Shown piece by piece: positions 53,027 to 64,000 of a stretch of 64,000 nt of DNA. Source of the stretch: Octopus sinensis (Eukaryota); the NCBI RefSeq assembly GCF_006345805.1, contig NC_043005.1, positions 54,064,001 to 54,128,000 of the forward strand, given 5' to 3'. Under the pieces are notes generated by a model. That model was not told the origin of the DNA. It did no database searches and worked only from the letters and a program-made list of their open reading frames with translations. The stretch's first letter is position 1; each line of letters begins with the position of its first letter. The position numbers were made by a program, and so were the translations under genes.

Positions 53027-55429
53027 GTTTCAAATTTTTCCACAAGGGGAGCAATTTTTGAGGAGGGGATAAGCCAATTATATCAACCCTAGTTTTCAAC
53101 TGGTACTTAATTTATCAAAAGGATGAAAAGCAAAGTCGACCTCAGTTGAATTTGAACTCAGAATATAGCGAAAGACGAAATACCACTGAGAATTTTACCT
53201 AGCATGCTAATTATTCTACCAACTCACCACCTTAATGATAAGGAAGAGGAGAAGAAGAAGAAGAAGAAGAAAAAAAAAAAGAACAACAACAACAACAACA
53301 ACAATAACAAGAAAGATGATGATGACAACGACAACGATGACGACGATAACGATGATGATGATGATGATCATCATCATCATGACATTGATAATAAACACCA
53401 CAACAGCAAGAAAATAAATAAAACAAAATGCAAAAATAAAAGGAATGCAAGTATTTATGTGACATTTTTTACAAAAGAGCTATTTAGTGTGAGATAATGA
53501 CTATGTGTGTATGTATGTTTGTGCATGTCTATATACAAAAATACACAATTAATGCAATTATACATATACACATATATATATGCACACACCTGTATATTCA
53601 CATACATATGTATATATGCATATACAAATAAATATTTATATATGTGTGTATATATATATATATATATACACATATATATACATATATATACACACATATG
53701 TATATACACATGCATATCTATATATATAAACATGTATACATACATATGTGTATATATATATATATATACACATATATATACATACATTTATATACGTGCA
53801 CATACACATACATATATACATATGCATATATACTACACATGTACTCCCACACTCACACACACACACACGTGTGCACACGTACACACATGTCACGCAGATT
53901 GTTGATATTTAAGCAACCATTGTGCTTGCAAATATGGAGAATTCATTTAAAAAATGCTCAAAAGAAAACTAGAATTTTTTTTTACTTTTTCTGTTTTTTT
54001 ACACAAAAGAAAAACGTAATTTGTAGGAATTTAAGAATTTATTGAAACAACGATTCCACTGATGAAATAATAGCGTAAATGTTTTATTTTATTTTATTTT
54101 ATTTTTTGCTTTCTGGAATTTATTTATTTATATATTTATCTATTTATTTTATAATTGCTTAATATTTTGTTTTGTTTTTCTTGAAAGTAAATGCTAATTG
54201 GAGATTTATATGCACTGCTAAATAATAGTAGGAGTCTACTGGGGCCTTCAAAACCCACACTAAGTAGGAATTAATTTCGATAATAACCGTTTAAGTAATT
54301 TCATCAAGATTATAGGATTAAATGTTTTGAAGTGGTATGTGTGTAGTAATGCAATAATGTCGATGATAACAGTGATTTACAATGGCAAAAGATGATGATG
54401 CTGCTACTACTGATGATGACGATGATGATCATCATCATCATGATGTTGATGAATGATGATGAGGAAGAAGGAGAGATGGAGGAAGAGATGGGAGAGGAGA
54501 AGCATAAGAGGGTGAACAATGGCGATGATTGCAATGACGATGATGATATTGATCACAGCAGTCTTGAGTGGGGGAGGGGCACTAGTGGTGGGGGTGGGGG
54601 TGGGGTGTGGTGGAGGTGGTGGTGGTGGTGGTTGTGTTGTTGGTGGTGGTGGTGGTGATGGGGGTAGTGGTTTGTGTTTGATTGAAATGTAAATCTAAAC
54701 ACTGGAGTAAGCTTAGTTACCATTGAATAAACTTCTGGTGGAACCAGATTTGTGGGAAGGCAGAACGAATGGAGGAATGAATGAATAAATGAAGAAAGGA
54801 ACGAAGGAAATATTTTCAATGTTTAGTTGAGTGGCCAAAAATACATAACTTGGGTACTATAATAATTATGTTTGGAACAGTCATGGGCATTGTGTGGTCT
54901 GCAAAACCTTTTGAATGGCACACCTAAGTTCTAAAGGAAAATAACATTTATTGAAAGTACCTTGAATATTTTTAGTTGTGCAGCCCACCTAAGGATGAGT
55001 CATGTCTCATGTGGTCCACTTCTTGAAATAGATTTCTTTCTTCCTGGTTTAGAGTATTTATTTGTCACAGTAAGGTGGTGAGCTGGCAGAATTGTTAGCA
55101 CACTGGACAAAACTCTTAGTAGAATTTCATCCATTTTCTTCTTCTTGCTTCTTCTTATTTCTTTGCTGCCCATAAGGGGCTAAACATAGAGGGGACAAAC
55201 AAGGACAGACAAAGGGATTAAGTCGATTACATCGACCCCAGTGTGTAATTGATACTTATTTAATCGTCCCCGAAAGGATGAAAGGCTAAGTCGACCTTGG
55301 CGGAATTTGAACTCAGAACGTAGAGGCAGACAAAATACTGCTAGGCATTTTGCCCGGTGTGCTAACGTTTCTGCCAATTCGCCACCTTACTTCTTCTTGT
55401 AATGGCATTCACCCATGAAGGGTTAAGCT

Positions 55430-55800
55430 GGCTCCTATTGAGTTCACCATGTTGTGAGTTCATAGGAGTTTCAAGCGATGATCAGAGTCTGTGAAAATAG
55501 TTCCGGTCTGTATTCATAAGCCACTATATATGACTGGTGGTTAGCCATCCTTGTGTTATGCCTTCTCACAGCACGATATGCACAGACGTAATCCAATGCC
55601 ACCAGGAAGCCCCTGGATTCCAGAACAGATGCTGCCTGGAATTCCCCATTGCCCTCTAGTTAGCCAGGTTGTAGCCCTAGCACCACTGGTATCAGACTTG
55701 TCCACCTTCAGTGGCCCTTCCAGGGAGTCCAAAGTCCCTGACAACATAGCTCTGACACTCACGATGAGGTCAAGGGTGAGCTATGAGGAAGGATTTCATC
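55430..55800 (-). mobile_element. GC-richer island, possibly the 5' region of a LINE
   Basis: Composition differs from the flanks and it lies between SINEs; no diagnostic protein motif. Confidence 0.3.
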
Positions 55801-56914
55801 CATCTGTATGTTCTTAATGCAAATTACTCCGTGGTCGACTTTATCTTTCATCCTTTCAGGATCTATGAAATGAGCCCAAATGCAATTGACAAACCCCTTT
55901 CCATTATAATTTCAGGCTTTGTGCCTATAGTAAATAGGATTTATTTATTACAGTGTACAAAATAGTTACTGTGCCATGGATGGTACTCCTTAGAAACCAA
56001 TTGGAAACCAATTCCAATTTTTCTTCTTTCTCTTGTTTCAATTATTGGACTATGGCCATGCTCAGGCACTGTCTTGAATAAATTAGTCAAACAGCTCAAT
56101 GCCAGTAAATATTTGACATTTTTTTACAGGGACATAAACAGCCCAACACCGGTTGTCAAGCAGTGGGTGGCGTGGGGGTGGGGGGCATACACAAACACAG
56201 ACATATGCACATGGATATATACACATGTACATCAAATTTTTCTATCCAAAGGGTCATCTATATACTATTATTTTATCTGCTTTGAGTTTCACTATTCAAC
56301 AAAAAAGAAAAAAGAAAAAGAACTGTTTTACACTTTCTTGAAGCTTCTAAATTCTTCAGATGTCATCAGTTCCATTGAATGGCATTTTAAGCAAGCGTCT
56401 TCTTCTATAACCCTGAGCTGAGCAAAGCCTTTTGAGAGGATTTGAGTATTTTGGAGATGGAAATTTGAAGAAGCCTATCCACACACACACACACAGATAT
56501 GTATGTGTGCATGTGTGTGCACGTGTGTGCATCTTTGCGTTTGTCTCCCACCATTGCTTGATGATAAGTGTTGGATGGTTCATGTCCCTGTAACTTCATG
56601 GTTCAGCAAGAGAGACTGATAGAATAAGTACTAGGCTTTAAAAAAAATAGTACTACAGAATTTGTTCACAAGGCATTTGTAGGCCCAGAGCTATAAGAGA
56701 AGTCACTAACTCAAGGTGTCATACGGTGGGACTAGATTTAAAACTAAGCAATGAGACAATGAGAAAGGAATATTTTAGGATCTGCATATGTCAAAGTAGA
56801 AATTAGCCATGTGTGTGAGTGTCTTAGAATTATCGTCATCGTCGTCGTCGCCATCAACATCATCATCATCATCATCATCATCATCGTTATCGCATCACCA
56901 TCACCATCGCCATC

Positions 56915-56972
<58 letters not shown>

Positions 56973-59226
56973 CCATCATCATCATCACCATCATCATCCC
57001 CATTAAACTCCTTTCTTCTTCATGATCATGATCATATCATTAATGTTATCACAATTGTGATCACCATCCTCATCAAATATTTTCCCTAATACAACCACCG
57101 CCACCACCACCACCACTACTATCACCTCCACCACTACTACCACCATCACTATCCTCCTTCTCCTTCCCCTCCTTTTCTTCATCATCTTCATCTCCCACTT
57201 CTTCATTATCTTCATTATCATCAACATCAACAACCATAATATCATCATTATCATTATCATCATTATCATCATGAACAGCATAACCATCACTGTCATCATC
57301 ATCATCATCACCATCATCATCATCATATCTATTTACCTATACTGGCATAGATTGGACATATCTGTTATACAGCATGCAATTGCCATGTGTCTCTATCTTT
57401 TGTCCTTTTGTGTTTAAGTGACAGCATTTTCTATCATGACCTCATCTCTTTGTCTTCAGAAGCATTCCTCTGCCATGTGTACGTCTTTCAATAACAACTC
57501 ACTTCCTCTTGTCTATTTGCATTACATGTCTATACCACGACAATCACCTCCTATGCATACATTAACCGATATATTTAATGGCGACCTACTCACTTTTACT
57601 CTGCCTTTCTTCCAACCGAATGTCATGCATGCTATGAATTATACTCAAACAAACGGACATTTCTTTCCATCCTTCTCCATTCTTACACATTCAATATCAA
57701 TGACTCAATTCACGCTCTATCATACTTTTTATTTGTGCTTCTTATTCTCACTAAAAAGTCCCAGCTTTTGGCCACACTGTCTTCTATACTACTATTCTAA
57801 TGGCCCCTGTTTCTCAGATTTGGCCAGTTGTCATCATCATCATCATCTTTTAACTTCCGTCTTCCATGCTAGCATGGGTTGGACGGTTTGACCGGGGTCT
57901 GGGAAGCCAGGAGACTGCACCAGGTTCCAGTCTGATCTGGCAGAGTTTCTACAGCTGGATGCCCTTCCTAATGCCAACCCCTCCATGAGTGTAGTGGATG
58001 CCTTTTATGTATCACCGGCACGGACGCCAGTCAAGGCGGTGCTGGCATCGGCCACGTTCAGATGGTGTTTTTACATGCCACCAGCAAGGGTATCACGACT
58101 ACAATTTCCATTTGATTTTTTAGTTTTGATTTTGTATCTAATTAGAGAGTGTGATAGGTAGCTTAATGGGAATTTAGTTTCATCCCATTAGTATAGGAAA
58201 AAAACCTTTCATAGTTCTGTTAGATTAAATAAATAACCAGTCAAATACTGAAATAGATGAAATCAATTCTACTAATTTTCTAAATTACTGTTTTAATTAC
58301 TTAACGCAGTATCATACATATGTGGAAGTATGTATTGCATAAGGGCTATTAAATGAACTCAAGATGGGAAATAACAAAAGTGTCCAGAGACAAGTTTTAC
58401 AACAGTAAGTATACATCTGTAGTCATGCCATATATATTACAACTGCAGAAATGTTATAAAGCAAACTGGTAAGACATTTCAGTTGTTAAAACATTATAGA
58501 TATTTATTGTGAGTTTGTCTATTCTGGCACTCTTGACACACTCGTCCAACTTTCATTCATCCTTCTTATACGCATTCCTCATTAATCATTACATTCAGTA
58601 CTCGGTCCTTTCTCCCCAGAATACCACCCCACTGGAATCTTGCTTCTGTTCATGTCTTTCTTGCTGATGTTGACATGCAACACTTTAAGCAAAATATTGA
58701 TTTCAAATTTTGGCACAAGGCCAGCAATCTTAGGAGAAGGTGCAAGTCAATTACAGCAACCACAGTTTTCAACTGATATTTTTTTTATTGACTTTGAAAC
58801 AATGAAAGATAAAGTCTACTTCAGTGATATTCGAACTTGGGACATAAAGACAGACAAAATACCATTTATCATTTAGCCTGGTGTGGTAATGATTCTGCCA
58901 GCTCACCACCTTAATTTTAAGCAAAGTATTAACAGCAGGCTGTGTGATATGTCATTTATTTCCCAACCACATAGTTTCAGGTTCAGTCCCACTGCATAGC
59001 ATTTTGAGCAAGTTCTTCTGCTCTTAAATTTTACTACATCTCCTCTGCTTTTCTTTTTCTCCATACCTATTGTTTGTATTAACTATACACAGGCACGTTA
59101 ACCAGTTCTTATTTCATCCATTCTTAAATATCATGCATTATGTACTAAGGATCTGCAAATGTCAAAGTAGAAATTAGCCATTTTACACCCGTGTCACTTT
59201 GATGGAATGCACTGCTCTCTCACTAA

Positions 59227-59271
<45 letters not shown>

Positions 59272-59492
59272 GTTTCAAATTTTTCCACAAGGGCAGCAAT
59301 TTTTGAGGAGGGGATAAACCGGTTACATTAAACCTATATTATCCTCTTTTCTATATTATCCTTTATGTTCATTTTGTTTTGATACTCAGAATTGATTCAA
59401 GGGAGACTTGGCTGCTTTTTCTAGCTGGTTGAAAAACCATATAACAGGTTTTCTTGTCATTGCCTCATCATTGCACTAGTTTATCGGGAAAA

Positions 59493-59526
<34 letters not shown>

Positions 59527-60805
59527 TATTGAATTGATAAAAGTATATTGCTGGTACTTACTTATCTCATCAATCCTGATTGAATGAAATATTTCAAATT
59601 TTAAATCACTACATTTACTATTCCTACAAACAATTGGAAGTAGAAGAATGCAGCAAAATACGAAGTGAAATGCAACATTAAATATTCTTTAAGATTTATT
59701 CAATAATAATAATCAGTGCCCATCTGTCTCCGCATAAAGATGGTAAAATACGTAAATAAATATCAAAATAAAAAAAAAAGAATGTATTGGTGGATATTCT
59801 TTTATGAGGAGGAATTTATTCTTCTCTTTGGAGAAATATTCTTTTCAATGTTCAAAACTCAATATCTCGTCATTTGTGAAATGGGCTCATATATCAGCCA
59901 ATATTTCATGTTCGAATTTAATGCTTGCATTTGTAATTTGAAATTTTTCATTTTAACAATTTCTTCACCACCCCCAATCTTCATGCCAAAATCTGCTGCA
60001 ATAAACACAAGATTTCAGTGGGAAGTGAATGCAGACATTTATGATAGTTTAACGAGAGCTGTTTGTGGAATGGATGTGGAATGGATATGAAGGTGTTATG
60101 GGAGGGGGATTAAAATGTGTCCGTCGAATAACAACTGTTTCTCTACTCAATGGACAAATTTCCCATCAAGTTAGATGTTATGTTAAAGAAAACATTGAAA
60201 ATATTTGTAAATGGTAATAAATGGAAATGTCTACATTTATTCCATAACGAGCATTCACTACCAGTTGTATATTGTGAAAAGTATTCTTAGGAAATACATG
60301 TTGATGTATTGATGTATATATGTATGCATTGATCTAATGTACACGTTGATATATATATGTAGGTATGTGCATTTATATGTATATGTATGCACATGTGCAT
60401 GTGGAGACATGAAAAGAAAAAGAGAGGGAGAAAAACAAAGAGAGGAAGAGTTAGAGAAGGCGAGAGAGAAATTTTAGTACAAATATTTGTATGTATATAT
60501 ATGTGTGTACGTTATATATATATATATATGTAACAAGTGTGAGTATGGGATTATATATTGTCCCACACACATTCGCACATTGTGGGAGAATATATACATA
60601 CATACATACATACATATATGTGTGTGTGTGTGTGTGTATGTATGTATGAATATATTGTAAATGTGTGTGTGTGTGTGTGTGTGCATGCAGTTTATGTAAA
60701 CATATATCTGTGAATACAGAGATTTCTAAGTAGAAGTATTTTTATCTTTTACCATTTTTCACTGTTTATGGTAGCATTATAATGTCTATTAATGTATTTT
60801 TATAG

Positions 60806-60880
60806 GAAATTGAACAACACCCTGACAAGCACATGTTTCCTTGGTGCTTTGACATAACAAACCAATATTTGCAGATCTGT
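60806..60880 (+). CDS. Candidate 75-bp internal coding exon of an unidentified gene (EIEQHPDKHMFPWCFDITNQYLQIC)
   Basis: TATTTTTATAG acceptor, GTAAGA donor, open phase 0-0 frame, non-repetitive sequence. No homology recognised. Confidence 0.35.
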
Positions 60881-62699
60881 GTAAGATTACACATCTTATA
60901 ATGTATTTATTATACAGTACTGGTCAATAAAGAATTTTCAGCTAGTTTAATATTAGTCTACTTTATGAGAATTGATGGCATTCTATTTGTGGACAATATT
61001 CAAGAGAGAGAATTATAAAGCTGTAGGTTTTATACAAAAGTGTTATAGGCTAGAAGGTAATAGGTTTTGTCATGAGTGGAACTGTTTCTTGTTTTTAGGT
61101 GAAAATTTCAGGCAAATATATTAGTAATAAAACTAAAATGCCATTTTTCTTTTCATATTTAAAGATATTTTCAAATGTAAAGAAAAGAAAAGAAAAAATA
61201 TTTACATTTATTTTTCCTGTTTTTAACTGGATTAGAATTTAAATAAGTTTTGATGTATTTGAACAGAAGAACTAAGATACTTTTTAAGACTGATTCACAA
61301 ATCATATTTTGAGTATTAAATAAATCCTACTTTGAGTATTTAGTAAATCATATTTTGAGTATTATGTATGTATTCATGTTTATAAAATCTAAATATTTGT
61401 TTTGTTTTTGCTTTTGTTTTTTGCAAATATAATTTTATGATTACATAAATATGCAGGTAAGTATATGACTTATAAAGCCGGAACACTACTTTTCTTTTAC
61501 CTTTCAGTATATTTTCAAATTTATTTCATATTTTTGTGCTGATTCAGAATTCAAAGTAAGATATATATTTTAATGTTTTTTTTTGTTTCGCGCACATGTG
61601 TGTGTGCGTATGTATGTATTTCCTTCCTTGACTTTTACATTGTTGAATAAGAAAGATAAGGTAATTTTATGATTGATTCCAAAATCATATTTTCATAATC
61701 GAGTAAACCATATCAGTGACATACGGACAGGTTAATATGGTATCAGACATGAATGAATCAACTGCTAAGATTTTCAATGTAAAATTTTCAATTAGACTAC
61801 CAGACAGTTTAGTGTAACCGGAGTGGTTGTCTTATTGAACTGACCTGTGATGGAAGGTGTTCCAACCATTTCCATCTCATCTTGTCTTTCATAATATATC
61901 TTAAACTAAATTATCCCAATGTATTTTCTGTTTAAGAATGTAAGATACGATTTGAAAGAGACTTAGCAGTTATTCTAACAGGTCAAGTGATTGTGTAAAG
62001 GCTTTTTTATTGGTTCATTAATATTCAGCAGTTATTATCCTGTTGCCAATCTCCAATGTAATACTGTGTCCTTGATCAAGAAACTTTATTTTCAATGATT
62101 ATACCCTTTGGCTGTATGTGAACAGTGTTAGTTAATGTAAATGATTACAACAAGCAGCTGCAAATGAAGTAATAGCACTGCAAAACTGATATCAGTTTGG
62201 CTGGATTGAAGTGAGCTTAATTCCTTTTTCAGGTCATAACCAGAGAGGCTGTATACCTGCAGATCTACCATGACAATAGTTAATCACATAGTTAAATGCT
62301 GGAGATATTAGAATACTAAACTAGAAATGATTATGTGATGAAATTAATACAATATTAGACAATATGTATTTAATTATTTTGGTAATTATGGGAGACAACT
62401 CAAGACATATTTATGCCTTCTTATGATTTCATCAATAAAGTAGAAATTTTACCATAATTGGCAAAGTGCTGATAGGAGAATCACTAAATGTACATGAATG
62501 TATACTGGTTGATATCAGAGTCAGCTCAAAGGTACAGGCAACTAAGTTGAGCATCATTGGCTTGGGGATTCTTCGTCTTGAGTTTGGTATCTTTGAAATA
62601 AATGTAAAAGAGGAGAATAATAAATAAAATGATCTCTTTATTCTTGTATTTAATAAATTACAATAAATACTTTATTTCTACCTTTACAGGTTATATTTC

Positions 62700-62876
62700 T
62701 GGAGCACTGCTTTTGGTCGAGCAAATCGACACCAGGACTTATTCTTTTGGAAGCCTAGTACTTATTCTATCGGCCTCTTTCTGCTGAACCACTAAGTTAC
62801 GGGGGACATAAACACACCACCATCGGTTGTCAAGCGATGTTGGGGGACAAACACAGATACACAAACATATACACAC

Positions 62877-62917
<41 letters not shown>

Positions 62918-62922
62918 CATAT

Positions 62923-62959
<37 letters not shown>

Positions 62960-62968
62960 AATACATAT

Positions 62969-62999
<31 letters not shown>

Positions 63000-63172
63000 T
63001 ACATACACATATACGACAGGCTTCTTTCAGTTTCCATCTACCAAATCAACTCATAAGGCTTTGGTCAGCCCATGGCTATAATAGAAGACACTTGCCCAAG
63101 GTGCCATGCAGTGGGAATGAACCCGGAACCATGTGGTTGGTAAGCAAGCTACTTACCACACAGCCACTCCTG
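62700..63172 (-). mobile_element. Full composite tRNA/CORE-like SINE flanked by a long imperfect direct duplication
   Basis: Family match to 18336-18855; flanks 62580-62702 and 63191-63274 are homologous. Confidence 0.85.
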
Positions 63173-64000
63173 CATCTATCAAATAAAAATGAGTTTGATA
63201 TCTTTGAAATAAAAGAGAAAAATAATAAATAAAATGATATACTTTATTTCTACCTTTACAGGTTTTATTTCTGGTGAAAATTTTCCAAAAAATATATTTC
63301 TAATGGCATTAAAATTCAGCTTCCCTCAAGGAGCCAATAACTCTAGAGATGGTTCTGCATGTACAGAGATATTGTGAATGAGCTTCTGTTCAAGGAACAT
63401 AAATCTATTTATCCTTGTTATGCCTATCGAATAAAAATTAATTCTCCTCCTAATTCACAGTAGTATGTTTAGAGGAAATAGGGGCATCCAGCTCTAAAAA
63501 CAAGCAGCTGTTCGAACAGAACTAATACCACCTCCCACTTCAACATTGAGAAATACATGTAAACAGAACAAAAAAGGTTAAATTTAAAACTTATTACTAA
63601 ATCATATTTTTGGTATAAAATTTGCATTTGAATTTATTAAATATTTTTCAGAGAAGTGATACAAGATATAGTCCATATTTTATGGCTAATAAGGTATAAT
63701 ATTTAACTCATATTTTACAACACAGATATAATTTTTCTGTTCATATATTTTTAAATTCAAATTAAAGATGCTGGATTATTTTGTTTCTGTTTTTGTTTTT
63801 ACTTGCTAAACTGACATTTATTAACTTAAGAAATTTAAATATTGACTTTAAGCATTTTTAGATGAAATTGACCATTGTCCACCTATAGATTTGTTTTTCT
63901 AAACTTTATATATATAATTTTTGAAAGGTTGGGGGAGCTTAATTAATTTTTCTTATCATATGCTTTTTGTCATTAATTCTTTTGTGCGTGATATTAAAAT

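Noticed and set aside
55430-55800. HDV-like ribozyme at a putative LINE 5' end
   Set aside because: I could not trace the nested double pseudoknot by eye; it needs an RNAMotif or Infernal search.
56809-57326. Poly-His / poly-Ser / poly-Met ORFs
   Set aside because: Pure (CAT)n/(CAC)n mosaic with no splice or start context and no complex sequence.
59716-60090. 124-aa plus-strand ORF
   Set aside because: It starts at a non-ATG codon, is F/I-rich as expected from AT-rich noise, and has no recognisable motif or consistent splice sites.
61420-61462. Strong donor CAG|GTAAGT near 61456
   Set aside because: All three upstream frames hit stops within ~40 nt and no nearby acceptor is evident, so it is not supportable as a coding exon.

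Overview
This is AT-rich, microsatellite-saturated eukaryotic genomic DNA. The (TA)n, (TAA)n, (TACA)n, (CAT)n and (GGT)n tracts account for nearly all of the supplied ORFs. The repeat repertoire (tRNA-derived SINEs, RTE and R4/Dong-like LINEs) points to a cephalopod, probably an octopus; this is an inference, not a search result. No intact host gene can be identified, only a few weak splice-bounded exon candidates, so the window looks intronic or intergenic. It is a transposon graveyard: a 5'-truncated RTE LINE (32.6-34.4 kb), R4/Dong-like RT and restriction-like endonuclease fossils, a full-length dead Tc1 with ~200-bp TIRs, maT/mariner and hAT relics, MITEs, many SINEs and Penelope-like (PLE) fragments. 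The most notable signal is a set of small type I hammerhead ribozyme motifs read directly from the sequence. They are at 4304-4385, 32490-32550, 34382-34442 and 36441-36487, with variant or degenerate copies at 5079-5116, 26471-26509 and 27996-28039. All have a palindromic or near-palindromic stem III (dimer-type) and lie in PLE-like or retrozyme-like repeats. One sits in a tRNA-headed SINE-like element, and two form a palindrome that was split by the RTE insertion.
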